Positions 1 to 14,527 of a DNA stretch of 64,000 nucleotides are shown here, in pieces (the stretch's first letter is position 1; each line of letters starts with the position of its first letter). This DNA comes from Paraspadella gotoi (lineage: Eukaryota > Animalia > Chaetognatha): NCBI GenBank assembly GCA_051294375.1, contig CM119268.1, positions 8,365,008 through 8,429,007 of the forward strand. The letters are read 5' to 3'. The notes beneath the pieces were generated by a model, which saw nothing but the letters and a program-made list of their open reading frames with translations, searched no databases and was not told the origin of the DNA. Both the position numbers and the translations under genes were made by a program.

Positions 1-16
1 CTCTCTCTCTTCTCTC

Positions 17-63
<47 letters not shown>

Positions 64-141
64 GTTGCACTTAATCTTCGACGACAGGTGGCGATGAAGA
101 GAAGAGAAGAAAATCCAAATCGATGCCAGAACAAACAATCC

Positions 142-142
<1 letters not shown>

Positions 143-223
<81 letters not shown>

Positions 224-248
224 NNNNNNNNNNNNNNNNNNNNNNNNN

Positions 249-283
<35 letters not shown>
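143..283 (+). repeat. (GAC)n microsatellite spanning an N-gap; one of many (GAC)n, (CT)n and (AAT)n tracts in the window
   Basis: Read directly. Others include (CT)n 18013-18129, (TTA)n 34458-34537, (AAT)n 43070-43185, (GA)n 56904-57000 and (AAT)n 62160-62290. Confidence 0.95.
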
Positions 284-1022
284 AATGAGAATGACTCGGA
301 CGAGTGATGATCCAGAACGTCGTTCCTAACCCTATTTGCGTTTGTTCTTAGTCGCGAAAGTCAGTGTTTATGAATATTCGACTTTAACACCAACGAGTTT
401 TAAGATAAGGAAAGTTTTTATGTTAAAGAGTTAAGCAATTTTAAAAATTTAAATAAAATAAGTTAAGTAAGTGAATAAATAAATAAATAATTTAATGATT
501 TATTGATTTATTGAAGTCAGTCCGTTTAACAATTAAAAAACTTTTTTCCGACCTGTAAAAGTTCCAAGGCGAAGAGACATCCATTCCATTTTCGTATTAG
601 TTTTGTCTGACTTATTAGTTTTGTTTTTTTTTTCTTAGCGAATATTTATATTTTTATTCGCGAAACGTTCGGTCGCTGTCTTTGGTCATTTTTCCGACGG
701 GTGGAGATATGATTGAAAATTTGGGGGTTTTTTTTTTCGTTTGCTTAAATTTATCTCTGTTTGTCAATGTTTTTTTGACCTATTCGGTAGATTTTTTTTT
801 TTTTCCAAATTGTTTTCATATATACATGTTATATTCTTAATTGCAATTTAAATTTACCTACATTTCCTTCAGCATAAAACAGATCCACGCAAGTCGCAAG
901 AACAGAGTTTAAAAAATTTTATTTTTGTCCCAAAAAAATAAAATTCAACATTTTTTGGTGAAATTCGTGAAAAAGACAAAAAAAATCGAGGACGAAGGAC
1001 GAAATTTCGAGAGGATGAGGTT

Positions 1023-1108
1023 GAGAGAGACGAAAGAAGATGAAGTCCGAAGGTGAGGATGAGAGAGACGAAAGAAGATGAAGTCCGAAGGTGAGGATGA
1101 GAAAGACG
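1023..1108 (+). repeat. ~38-bp tandem duplication
   Basis: GAGAGAGACGAAAGAAGATGAAGTCCGAAGGTGAGGAT twice plus a partial third copy. Confidence 0.8.
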
Positions 1109-2500
1109 TGGATTAAAGGAAATCGATGAAGAAGACGACCAAGGCGACGACGAGTTTGAAGGAAGTTGAGGCAACAACGACTTTGTTATAAGTTAAAAAA
1201 GTAATTTACTACATTTTTAATGTAATATTTGTTGGCGCAAACTGGGCCCATCGGAGAAGTGAAAAAGAATTCGAGATTTTCATTTAATCTAAGGTTTAAA
1301 GTTTTTTTTTTTCCGGCCCAATATTATGAATTTTGGAGAAATGAAGAAAGTTTTGAAGCTGGGAAGAATCAAAATGGAGTAAATAGACATTTTAATTTGT
1401 CTCCCTTGTCACTCGGGTTTACAAAAAAATTATTTAATTCGGAAATATAAAATGCAGGATTTTTCTAATAGGCAAGGGAGGTAGAAACAATGGGGAAAGA
1501 TATTAGTTAAATTTTTACGCTTTCCTGAATATATAATGATACTATTTCCATATCGTTCGATCGGACGTTTTTTCGCTTTGTCAAGGGTTAGGGATTAGGC
1601 TCAAAAATAGGGACGAGTGAGAAGATTTAGTTTCTAATTTAATTTCCAAGATCAAAGTTTAATGGTCTGAACCAATACCATTTAGAATTTAAAAGTTTAA
1701 CTCTTAATTTATCATCTCCCCCACCCGACAAAAAAAATCAACACCCTCCAAAATATTTTGGCTCTGAAACGACAAACTTCAAATATGAAATCTTTTCATT
1801 TGGTTTTCTTTCTGGGAGGAAATATATTTTTTTTCAATTCTTTAATTTAGATTTTAAAAGAGCAATTGAGCGATTAGCGATTAAGTAAATTGCTCTGGCA
1901 AGAATTATAGATTTTACGCTACGGATATTTTTTTAAACCGGCTACAAACCTGACGCTTAAATTACACTGTCTGTTGGTTGTTTGACGTTAACATTGACTT
2001 TGACCTTAACGTAAGTTATAAACATTAAACAATGACGAAGTTTTTGTCTTTTTCTTCTTTCATTTTTTTAATCTCGAGGATGAGAGTCGGCTGAGGTGAG
2101 GCGACCTCAGGCGAGAAGAAAACAAGGCGAAACCGCAATTGATCCGTCTTTGACAAAACACCTTGTTTCTTGTGGACCGAGAAAAAGAAAACAAAAAGAA
2201 AGCATAAGAATGTGTAGGGAAAAAAAGGAATCAAAGAAAAAAGAGAAATATTTCATTTTAAATTTACGTATGTGAAGATCGATTTCTTCCCGAAACTAAT
2301 TTTGGTTTCTCTTCAGAGATGAAGAGTCAGTGAGTCATGAAAATTGGTTTAGCCAAGGCAGGGCGGGACTGATATAGTAGTTAATAAACTTTGGAACTTG
2401 GTTATCTTTTTTTGTCAAACTCAAATTAGAAACTTTGCATTTCGCTCTTAATTTTGATTTCTTTTCTTATCACTCTCTCTCACTGACTCTCTGTCGCTTT

Positions 2501-2586
<86 letters not shown>

Positions 2587-3791
2587 TTCTCTTCCTCTCT
2601 CTCTCTCTCTTCTCCGTTTCCCAGGCATTTAATTTCATCCAAGGATGTCTAAAATGTTGTCGGCAAAAAAAAAACGATAATGACTTTCAGGAACAAAGTC
2701 GACAACGACGACGACGACAACAAAAAAATCGAAACAACTTCGCTCGGCGCGAATCGAACTCGGCCACATTCCGTTACACCGCGATGCGGATTCTGAATGC
2801 CTTCGGAAAATAACAAAAGTGAAAGGAGGACAGAAAGAAAAAGAAAGAAAAAAAAAGGAAAAAATAAAAAGGAAAATCCAAATTCGCTTCAACTCCCCGA
2901 AGGAAGAAAAGGAAAGTATTGAAAGGAGAGAGAGAGAGAGAGAGAGAGAGAGTGAGAGAGAGAGGAGAGAGAGAAGCAGGAGAGAGAGAGAGATGGGGGC
3001 GAACGAGAAAGAAAAAAGGAACAATGGCATCATCACTTCTACACTGCAATTCCACTTTTGAAAACTAAAGGGCGTCTTGTTTAGTTCGCTCGTTCTACCT
3101 TTTTTTTCTCCTTTTAGAAAAAAAAAGAAAATGGAAGGATAAGAAAAAAATAACATGGAAAAGTAAATAAAAAGAAAAAAATAGATTCCGTTACTTCTGG
3201 TCTATAATTAAAACGGTTGAGACGAAACGAACCAGTTGACGTGCTTATTAGCGATTCGGGGAAACTTTGAGAAAAACATAAAATGGGATAGCTCGAAACA
3301 AGAGCTCGTGTTAAAAATATTACCTCTGAACAGAAGTAGGGAATTTTATTTTATTTTATAGATTTAACTATTTTTTATAGTCTAAACCTGAGACTAAGAC
3401 CGAGTTACCGCTCACGTTTTATAAAATCGTAATCCTTTAATTCGAGGTCTTTCGGTCATACATGGGGCATCCTATAGGGAAATGTTTTTATTTTTAAAAT
3501 TTTTAGTATTTTTTCTTCCAAAATAAGCAATAATTTTTTATATTATTATTATTTTTTTTATTATTTGTTTTTATCCGGGATCTCCCTTCTTCCCTTTTCG
3601 TTATTCCCGCTTTCTATCCGCATCTTTAGTTCTTCAGTTCCAACCGGGATCTCTGTTTTAAATCCCTTTGGTAAAACTCGACTTTTTTGTTTGCGGCCGC
3701 TAATGAAAAGGGTTTCCATTGAATACGGATTTCCTGAACCGTCAGCTGCATACCCAAACATGGGCGAGAGAGAGAAAGAGTGGAGAGAGAA

Positions 3792-3823
<32 letters not shown>

Positions 3824-4553
3824 CGATAAACCTCCTGAATAAATAACTCCACGTCTTTGGTTCTCTTTTCAAATTTAAGGTCACAACCGACTCTCGATCG
3901 GAAGCAGGATTTCTGCTTCGAAAACTTTTACAACCTTCCGATGCGCATCACTGATTAGATATATATTGTAACTTGACTAAAAAAGGCTTACAAACAAAAC
4001 ACGTTATTTTTAGAAACACGTTTCTATTTCTATTGAATAATTAAATATGGCAGCAAAAAAAAAAAACAAAACGAGAAAGAATAGAAAGGCAACACGATTG
4101 GGTTAGAGGCACGCCATGAATTTGATTTTGAATTTGTACTGAAAAACAAAAAATCAATTCGATTTAATTGAAAACAAAATATTTTTTCAATCGACTCCGT
4201 TAAGGCAACGCGTAACAAAACAACGACAATTTTGTTTTTTTTTTGATTGGATTGATTCAATTTGATTTCGGAGGGGGGGGAAGAATGAAAACAGGCACTA
4301 ATGATTTTTTTTTTGGGGGGGGGTTTTTACTACATTTATTATTTTATTTCCGACTTTCACTCTTAGAAGAAAATTAAGATTATGCTCATAAAGTCGAAAG
4401 AAGATTTGGCCATATTCGTCACGAAAACGAGTACAGCGAGGACCAAATTTATGCTCCCGAAACAATACAGTGCAAAACAGAGTCGCCATTTTCCTTGATT
4501 TATAAACTATTCGAGTCATAAATTCGACATTTTCATGATGACTTTTTTTTTCC

Positions 4554-7500
4554 TCAAAACAAAACCGGCGATGCGGTGGGCGTGACCGGAAGCGGCTTCG
4601 GACGCGGAAACGTCGGCGAATTCGGCGGCAGCGACGCCGTCAATTCGGGCGGTGACGATTTTGGGATGATAAGCGGCGGCGGCTGCTGCTGCTGCGGCTG
4701 CTTCGGCGGTCGACGAATATCGAACGAATGAGGCGGTGGAGTTCGGTCGGACGAGGGAACGCGACCGACAGGTGGCCGACGAAGAGGAAAAGGCCCTCGA
4801 CCCTCTTGATTCGACGCCGCTTCGGCTCCTGCTGTCGCCGCTGATACAGAGGCGCCGCCGTAGTCGAGTCCGACAGCTGCGTTGGCCAAGTGGAGCAGAC
4901 GACAATGCGACTGGACGGCCGCTTCGACGGACGGCGACGCTGGGGCTCCCGACGACCGCCTCGGGGAACGCGGTGAAGCTGGTGGAGCCGCCGACGCAGC
5001 CACTACCGATGGATCGAAGGAAAAGACGCCGCCGTTCGCCGACCAACTCGGCGTCGTCGTCGTCTTCGGCGTCGTCGTCGTCTTCGGCGTCGTCGGCACC
5101 GAGCTCTTTGTCTCTGATTCGCCGACGGCGGAGAAACTCCGGCGCTGCGGCCGAGAGTTGCCCTCCGCCGCCGACGACGTCGTCGGCGAGGAAGGGATCG
5201 GAACGCCGGCGGCGCCGAACGCGTCGACGGCCAGTTTGGCGTGCTTCTCCTCGATGTGCTTCTTCATGGCGGAGATGCGGACGAAGCGTTTGCGGCAGAC
5301 TGGGCAATTGAAGGTCGTGGAGGAAGAGGGAGGATGAGGAGGAGGAGGAGGATGTTGAGGGTCGTCGTCGTTTTTGGAGGATGAGACGTCGGTGGAGAGA
5401 GAAACTTTGGAATCCGCGGCTGCAGAACTGCCGCTGGCGCTGCCGCCGCCGCCACCGCCGCTGATGGTAGCCATGCGCGGCTTGTGCCAACGGCGGTGGG
5501 AAGCCAGGTTGGCGGGGCAGTTGAAGCATTTGCCGCATTCAGGGCATCTGGAGGAGAATTGGTTTTTAATATCGATGATTTGTTGAGAGGGTAAAAGGCA
5601 GACAGACAGACCCATAGACAGGGATATCGGCAGACAGACGGACAGACAACAGATGAGCCGACAGCTAGACAGAAAGACAGTCATCGACCTCACCTGTACT
5701 CGACGTGCAAGATCCTCGGACACCGATGTCTGGCCAGACAGAAGGCGTCCTCGAACAACTTCCGGCACAACTGGCAGACGTAGGCGCCGATCCGGTTCTC
5801 GATTCGGCTCAACTCTTCGCGCGCTTCCGGGGTCGCCTCCACGAAGGCAGCCGGGTCGATGTCGTCGTCCACAGTCGTGTCGGGCACGCCTTCAAATGTA
5901 GAGAAGGATTTTTTTTTTTAGCCATTTTTTAAAAAAATATTAACCATTTAAATATTTTGAATTAAATATTTTTTAGATTTTTTAATATTAATTTATTAAA
6001 CGACAAATTATATTAAAAATTTTAAACTGAAATATTAAGTGATTTTAAACTAACTAAACCTAAAAAATCTATAGCTTAAGTGAGCATAGCAATGCCGGAA
6101 ATAAATGGATTGGTCTGATTGTCTCGCAAAATTTTCAAAGACCGTTTTATATTATTAGTTACGTGGATTTTCTTAACTTTCTCTATTTACTCTTTTCCAA
6201 CCAACTATTGCAACGTTTTCTTATCCCTTTATGATCTTCTTTATCTAATTCTCCGTTCCGAGACCTCACCTTCGTTGTTGTCCAACGGTTTGATGATCGT
6301 CCCCGAGACAGGACTCCTCGTTTCCTCGTCGAACTGAAGTCGTTTGATGGCGCGAGACTTTTTCGTCGGCGTCGATTTAGACGGCGGCTTCGTCTCCGTG
6401 GCGGCGCGTCTTTTGGCGCCGCTCGTGGTGGGCGTGGCCAACGGCGTCGTGGGGAGCGACCTGAAGATGATGAAGATGTTTGTTGGGATTTTTTTTAAAT
6501 CCTTTGTTGTCTTTGCTTTTGGAAGTCTTTATTCTTTGTATTTTTTTTCTTTCTTTCGTTGGAAAATTCAATTAATTTTAGTTCATTCATTCATTTATAC
6601 ATTCTTTTTTTTTTCATTAATTTGGTCATTCAGTTAATTAGTCATTCAACTCTAGCCTTACCTCGTCGTCGGCGTATTCAAGACTAGTTTGTCGATGGCC
6701 GAAGTCGCGGGCGAGACGCTGGAAGGTGTGTTCAGACTTTGGAGACTCCCGTTGACGGAGGCGTTGAGAGAATTGACGGAGGCGTTGAGGGAATTGAGTG
6801 AGGTGCTCCTGGACGAAGCGATGGAGGAGTTGAGATGGGGCGTCCGCGGCGTCTTGAAGGAAGACTTGGGCGACGCCGGCGACGAGGATCGACGTGGAGA
6901 GAGGATTCGACGCGGCGACGACGCGCGCCGATCCTCAAGTTTCGTAGTCGACGCCGCCATCGCCGCCGTCGACGCTAAAGACGACGCCGGTTGAATCTGC
7001 AGGCAAGATGTCGACGCCGACAACGCCGAGGACATCGAGTGAGTTGGCGCGCGTCGAGACGACGCCGCTCGAAGGCCCACGTCGCTGAGATTGTCGAGCG
7101 ATGCCGAGAAGCGACGAGCCGCTTCTCGGAAGGCGGCGTTGTCGCCGGCGTCACGCGGCGCCTTAACGTCCGCGTTTTCCTTGCCCACTTCATTCTTGGA
7201 GAGAGAAGGTTTGGGTTTGACGGTGAGATCGAGAACGCCGTCGTCTTCCTCGGCATCGTCGTCGACGGCAGGTTGGGTGTGCCGACGAGGATAAGGGTAC
7301 GCGAAGGCGGACTGAGGGAAGCCGTCGATGTGGGGCGGACGAAGGCGGTCGAGGGAAGGCTGGGAAGTTTGGTGAGGAAGATGAGGAGAATGATGTGGGT
7401 AAGGCGCGTAGGCGGGATGGTAAGGCAACTGAGGTGGGTAGAGCGAAGGTGAGGATCGATAGAATCCTCCCGGATGATCCCATCGACGCAGGGGAGCGAG

Positions 7501-8055
7501 AGGGTGGGGTAGTGGGGGTTCGGGGCGGGAAGGATGGTGAGGTTCGGAAGGGTGAGATCGAGGATCGAACGCTTCGTCGAAAACCGGACGAGGAATCGCG
7601 TCTCCGGCGAAAATCCCTTCTTTCTTTCGAAGGAGAGCGTCGTCGTCTTCGACAGAGTGATTGTTGTTGTTAATGTGAACGCTGTTGTTGTTGTTGTTGT
7701 TGTTGATGGCGCGATGCTGCTCTATCGAATGGACGCCGCCTCCTTCGCCGAGGCTGGCAACACAGCAGCCCGACTCGTGGAGATCCTCCGAAGAAGCGTC
7801 CGTCCCCGAAGTGGTCGTCGATCCCGAGTGGCTCCCAGAGTCCGAGACGGAGTCCACGTGGGTGTCCGGATCGTCAAAATGAGGAGGAGGAGGAGGAGGA
7901 GGAGGATGACGCTCCACGCCTTCTTCCACGCCCACCATGGGAACGACGTTGTCGGCTTCGGCATCGGGCTGGGCCGTCTGGAACCGACGCGCGAAGAGAG
8001 AAAACGGTTCCGACCCGAAGGTCGTCTTGCGGTGGATGAGGAATCCCTTGGGCAT
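4554..8055 (-). CDS. insm1: INSM1/nerfin-1/EGL-46 family zinc-finger transcription factor, 4 coding exons (8055-6662, 6460-6270, 5889-5694, 5547-4554), 924 aa
   Basis: The N-terminus MPKGFLI is SNAG-like (cf. INSM1 MPRGFLV). It carries the family motif [22 protein letters not shown], then [64 protein letters not shown] (the typical ZF1/ZF2 pair) and a third finger [22 protein letters not shown]. All three introns are GT-AG with phases 2,1,2, and the exons sum to 2775 nt in frame to TGA at 4556-4554. Confidence 0.93.
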
Positions 8056-10223
8056 TGTGGTGTGGAGGCCCTTGGGGACCGGTTGAAGACTTTTAAGGAT
8101 GGTGGTTAAGGGTGGATGGGTGGAAAGGGGGCTTAATGTTGGTTTCAATTGGTTAATTTGTGGAGAAGAGTGGATGGTACAAATAAGAGTGGTTAATCGA
8201 GACAAATAAGGTTGGTATGATGAGGCCAATTCGCTGGTAAGTTACGGCCGATCCTTTGGTTTGTCGGGGAAAAGTCTATAAAGATGGAATCGAGTTTGAT
8301 TATAAAAAGGCGAATACGATAAAAAAAACAAAAGGTCAAAAAAGGTTGTCAAGAAATCTCGAAATGGATACTTTGGTGTTTTACGAGATTTTGGATGATT
8401 GTCTGAACAGACTAAGTCACGGTGATAATGAATTTTTGATTCGTCGCTAAAAAAAAAGGCGATGATCCTCTAGATTTGAAATCAACTGGCAAAATTAAGG
8501 ATCCGATGATTGTTGATACACGGCTGACTGGCCAATGACTTGTGGTGAAGTGAAATGACTTGATACGCAGTTGGTGAACAAACCGAGAAAATACTAAGGA
8601 TGTGAAGTTTTTATTAAATGTTTTTTTCACAAAATTAATTGACGATTTGTTCAATTCAAAAAGGTTAATCTTCTTTTCTCTCTTTTAGTAAAAAATTATG
8701 AAAACTTTTTTTTTTCAAAAAAATGTCGCGCAGATAGTTTTTTAAGCGTTCAGTTTTTAAATGATTAGTCCACTTTTTAGTTTTCAGTTTTCGTTAATTC
8801 TCGCTCGAAGAAAAAAAAAAAAGCCAACGGGATTTCGGTTCCCATTAAACCCTTCACGAGTTCAAAACTTGGCAGCGCAGCTATGGGGCCACGGATCCAT
8901 GGGGCCGGAGGAGTTAAAAAGTTCCATTCACGGGTTCCGCGAGTCGATCCGTCGTTGTGTGTGGGAGCGAGAGTGAGAGAGCGAGCCGGCGAGATGGAGA
9001 GAGAGTGAGAGAGTGTAAGAAAAAAAACAACTTTTCTACCTCTCTCTCTTTCTCAGTCGTCAGTTTAAACGCAGAGTGAGAGAGAGAAAGAGAGAGCGGG
9101 AATAGCTCGGCCAATCGACGGGGACACGGAACTATGGGGCTGCGCCGAAGCCTCGAGGCCGCGAAGGCTCGCAGCCGCGCGGGGGGTTCGACGGCAGCAG
9201 CCGCAGCCGCGGCGAACGATGTCGATGAGGGCAGCGAGGAACCGAAACGGACCGCGCGAACTCTTTTTTTTATTCCATGCGGGGATCTCGTTCCTTTCTT
9301 TTCTCTCTTTCCTTTTTTTTTTTCTTTCCTCCTCTCTCTTCGATCGCGTTCAGGAGCCGGGGGCGCGAGACCTCTCTTTTTCTCTCTGTCTCTCTCTTTC
9401 TATTTTCCTCTCGATTCGAGGTATGTGGCTTGAAAAAAAAATGCCAAAAGGCAAAAATGAGTCAATGTCGCCTTCAGAATGCGGGGGGAAAAAGGGGCAT
9501 GAGGAAGAGGAAGAGGAGGAGGAGAATAATGACTCGGATAATGAGGAGCGGGAAGAGGAAGAGGAGAAAAGAGAAAAGTTTTTTATCTGTTTATTTTTTT
9601 TTCTCTTGAGAAATGCGACTATGGTGCACGAAGTCGATCCAGGGGGACGAAAGGTTTATCGGTTTCGTTTTTGTTGTCTTTACTGTTGTTTATTGTTGTT
9701 TATTGTCGCGATTTGTTTCATTTTTTTTTTTTTTTACTCGAGGGTGGTTTTCCCTTTTCAAAAGGGGCGAGGAACTCTGAAAATTTTTCTCCTTTTTTAA
9801 GGTTTTTTTTCACAATTTAATTTCAATCTCTTTCTAGATTGGATTAAGTTCTGCCCTCCCTCCATTTAAATTGGAATCTTTAACGACGAAATAAAACTGA
9901 AAGGTTTTTTTTTCAGCTTTTACGATAATTAAAAAGAAAAGTTTCATTTTGAAAATTTTTTCTTTCTTTTTTTTTGTTTTATCGCAAATTGGGTTTCATC
10001 CGAACTTCGATCGCGCAATGAAGCCGTAACGATTCCATGGCTCGACTTTAAAGGGAAAAACCGCGTCGACGCAGACGACGACAACGACGAGGACGACGCC
10101 AAAGAAGACGACGACGACAACGACGTCTGCGCCAACTGACGACGCGACATCACGTCCGTTGAGAGATTTAACGGAGTCGCACATCCGTGCCGACGATATC
10201 GTTGAAGAGGTCGTTATCAGCTA

Positions 10224-10272
<49 letters not shown>

Positions 10273-10284
10273 TCTCTCTCTTCT

Positions 10285-10329
<45 letters not shown>

Positions 10330-11866
10330 ACTCCGCACCCCCCTTATCTCAATGGATTCCAATGGCGTTTGTGATTGGTCGAATCTCAGAAAGTTTAAAC
10401 GAGCGAAAACCAATCAATTCGATCCATTGGTTCTCGTGATTCATATCTCAAGAACCGTTCGGAATATTGACTCTTGGAGGAATCATTTCGATTCCTTAGT
10501 TCGCCGTTTTTTTTCCATGAAAGTTCCTCAAAATTATTAAGTTAATTAATTAACTAACGAACAAACGAACGATCGAACGAACGATCGAACGAACAATCGA
10601 ACGAACGAACAAGCGAGCGAACGAAAGAACCAATTTTTTTTTATATAATAAAAGGAAAAGGGATCAATCTGAAGGAAAACCGAACATCCCTCGAAACAAT
10701 GGAAACCATTGAGGGATGAAGCAAGCTGCTCCTTTCGCTGGTAGTCGGACATTTCGTTCGGAAATCGGCTAAAATTCCATGATTATCCAACCTTGAACAT
10801 AAAACGACTTTCCTGTAACCCTTTCCTCCTCCTCTTCTTTCTCCTCCTCCTCCTTTCTTTCGCGTGCCGCGTCGCGAGCCCTGCCCCCCCCCCGTAAAAA
10901 AACTGTCCGAAGAGTTTGACTCCTCTGGATTTTTTTTCCTCATCTTCCTCCCGCTCCTCCTTCTGCTCCTCCTCTTCCGTCTCCTCCTCCTCTTCCTCCT
11001 CGTTTTCTTCTTCTTCTTCTCTCTCGTCATCATCGTCATCATCGTCGTGCGACAGGTGGGGAAAAGGAGGGGAAAAGTCGTTGGAATTTCGGCACGGTGA
11101 GTCGATGTCGGGAGTTAGGTCGTTACGAAGGCCTTTGATTAATTATATAAATCTTTATTTTTATATATTTACTTTTAAAATAATAATTATAAACATTATT
11201 AAATACCTAAATTAAATAATAAATAATATATAAATTTTAGTTAAGTATTTTTAATTTATATCTTTATTATTTGATAATGTATTTAACAATAAAATATTTA
11301 TTTATAAATTTTTTTTATTATGAGTTATAAAAAATTAATTTTCATATAAATATTAATGGTATATATAAAGTTTAAAAATATATTTTTTATTTATTATTTT
11401 TTTTATTAAAATTAAAATAATTAAAAATCCTAACGCGAGTTACTATCCAAACCCGGTGTGCGGACTTCTTCCCGAACTCACCCTTCGTCGGCGCGCGAAG
11501 AAAATCGATGGCGGATCGATGAAAGCGAGGAAACGCCACGCGCCGACTTCTTTCGCGAGATGGAGAGAGAGAGGGAGTGGGAGAGAGAGAGAGAAAAGGA
11601 GAGGGAGAGAGTGTATAGATGAAAGGGAAAACGAAAAGAGGAAGTAACAGATGGAGAGTGAAGAGAACAGACGTAATAGGGAGAGAAAATGTTAGGGGTT
11701 AGGAGAAAGAGAGAGAGAGAGAGAGAGAGAGTCAATGTAAAAAACAAGAAAATGACCTCACAGCACAATAATACACAGTTTGGTCAATTTAAGCCAGTTT
11801 TTCTCAGTTTCCAACCTTTTTTCTCTCATTTAATCTCTCTCTCTCTCTCTCTCTCTTTTTTAAATT

Positions 11867-11938
11867 GTTTCCATTTTTGATCTCCCAAATAGTTATTTCG
11901 TTTTATCGATAAATTTAAAAATAATGGCCACTGACTAG

Positions 11939-12010
<72 letters not shown>
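11867..12010 (+). repeat. Short dispersed element (~75 bp + (CT)n); second copy at ~24407-24532
   Basis: CATTTTTGATCTCCCAAATAGTTATTTCGTTTTATCG-TAAATTTAA...CCACTGACTA(CTA)GTTTT(CT)n occurs at both sites. Confidence 0.7.
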
Positions 12011-12013
<3 letters not shown>

Positions 12014-13005
12014 CTCTCCTTTCCTCTTTTCACTCTTCCTCCTTTTTCTGTCACCACTCTCTTTCCCCGTTTTTTTCCCGAAACTCTTAACCATTATCTT
12101 CTTTCTTGTCTTAATTTCTCCTAATTTTAATCTCTTCATGAACCAAAAATCTCCGCATTCTTCATCTCCTCTCTTCCCTCTCATATAAAGCCTAACCCTC
12201 TCCCGAAATTCTCTTTTCCCTTCGTCTCAGTTTTTTTTGTTCGAGATTTATGAGGACGATTAGTTGAAGTGGAAGCAAAGGGTAGGGGTAGGAGAAAGGG
12301 CAAAGAGTAGGGGGAAAGAGGGCGGGAGGGTGTATTTAAAAAGCGGGGGGGGGGAAAGGTAGAACTTGAAAGTAAAATAAAACTTTGAAAAAAATTAAAT
12401 AACAATTTTGAAAAACCTAAGAAGCTTGTGGAATTGACAAACGAAAGAAAGTGCATAATTAAAAAGGATGGGATCTAACTTTAGTATCTCATCGTATAGG
12501 AACATTTAAGCTAAAAGTAAAATGAAAGGATAATGAAATAAAAATGTATCCTTCGGGTGAAATAGTGAAGAGAATCAAAAAGGAAAAGGAGAAGAAAGAA
12601 ATTTAGTCTCATGAATCGATGGGAAAATCGAGGGAAGAAAAGAAGAGGAAAGTGAGGAAAAAGGAGAGAGAGTGGGAGGAAAGGAAATCGATGCTTTGAC
12701 TAAAAAGGAAAAAAAAGGAGGCAGGTGCCAAGATCCGATATAGAGAGAAGGTGAGGGATGGAAAAGAAAGGGAGGTAGGTAAGGGGAGGAAAAAGGAAAG
12801 CGGGATGGGAAAAAATGAGAAGGAAAGGAAGGAAAAGAAAAGTTAAAAGCGTTGGTGAGAATCCCCTGTCTACTAATCAGAAACCAGAAGACAGGCAGCG
12901 AGTAACCGTCGTCGTCGAGACTGAAGGATAACAGAGTTGAAGAGGGTCATTTGTTTCGCACGAATTAGTCGAACCGTGTCGTCAAACTCTCTCTCTCTCT
13001 CTCTC

Positions 13006-13105
<100 letters not shown>

Positions 13106-13221
13106 TTCTCTCTCCTCTTTCCCGAGGTGATAATGTTATCCGAGATTTTTATGAACGTCACGAAGAGAGAACAAAATTTTCGCTCGAGGCGAAAAAATAA
13201 AGAAAGGAGGAAAAAAGGAAG

Positions 13222-13326
<105 letters not shown>

Positions 13327-14115
13327 GCGGCTCATCGGCTTCGCCAAAAAAGTTTCATTCCGTGTCAAACGTTACAAACACTCTGCACGCGTGGAACCGG
13401 TTTTTGGAGTCACCATCTGGCTCATTGATTTGGCCGTTTTTCACAGATCCCCCCCTGGTGACTTTCGTACCGATGATTCCTTATCTCCAAAGATAGAACG
13501 ACTGAATCAATGACCGTAATTTTGAATTTATTTGAATACTTAATACACTTCTGTTTTATGTTTAATTATTATTTCTCTCAAACATGGAAAAATTATTGAT
13601 TTCTTTTCTTTATTGCTTTTTAATCTTTATCCTTTTTGGCATTTGGTGGCATTCAACTTCAAGTACGCAGAGTCGTTTACGCAAGGCGTGGTGACCTTTA
13701 AAGAAATACTTGGATAAAAAAAAAGACGTCGAGTGGCGTCGCAAAATTTTCTAACGTCGAGAGACAGAATGAACGATTGGGAAGAGGAATAATTAGATGA
13801 GTAGTTCTCAAAGTTTCCGACGTTATAATTAAAAATATTACGAACATTTTATAGCTATTTAAATCTCAAATATTGATTCCATCTTGTCTTTTTTCGTAAG
13901 GATTTTCTGGGAATTGTTAATGTTAGACGTGATGTGGAATGTAATATTTAATCTTATCTCACCCCAACTTTATTTACTCTTCGCTTCTCGTATCTCTCCA
14001 TTTTTCTAGAACTCCCTCCCTCCCCTTCACTTCGTCTTCCTTGTTTCAAATTTCGCCAACGGCTTCACCCCTGCCCACCTCCCTTTCTTTATTTCCCTTC
14101 CTCCTTCCCTTTTCC

Positions 14116-14188
<73 letters not shown>

Positions 14189-14488
14189 TCGCGATCTTCC
14201 GAAAAATAATTATCGATTTTTTTTTGGTTCTTAAAAAATCGAGGGTCGGAATTTTTTTCGATTTCACGATCGAAGAAAGAAGCGTGGCAGTCGACGGGAG
14301 GGGGAGACGGAGAGAAGAGAGAGAGAGAAGAGAGATAGAGAGAGAGAGAAGAGAGAGAAGAGAGAGAGAGAGAGAGAGACGAGAGAGAGATGAGAGAGAG
14401 AGATAACGTCATGCGGGGTGACACTCGAAAGTCGGGAATCAATGGGGAAAGAGGCGGGGGAGAACTGAGAGAGGAATGCACCTGTCTC

Positions 14489-14527
<39 letters not shown>

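Noticed and set aside
4516-8109. Long alternative-frame and antisense ORFs overlapping the Insm exons (e.g. 4516..5538, 4736..5311, 7534..8109)
   Set aside because: Shadow ORFs expected from GC-rich, low-complexity coding DNA.
8056-8229. 58-aa N-terminal extension of the Insm ORF starting at TTG 8229
   Set aside because: Non-ATG start. SNAG motifs function at the extreme N-terminus, so ATG 8055 (MPKGFLI) is the likely start.
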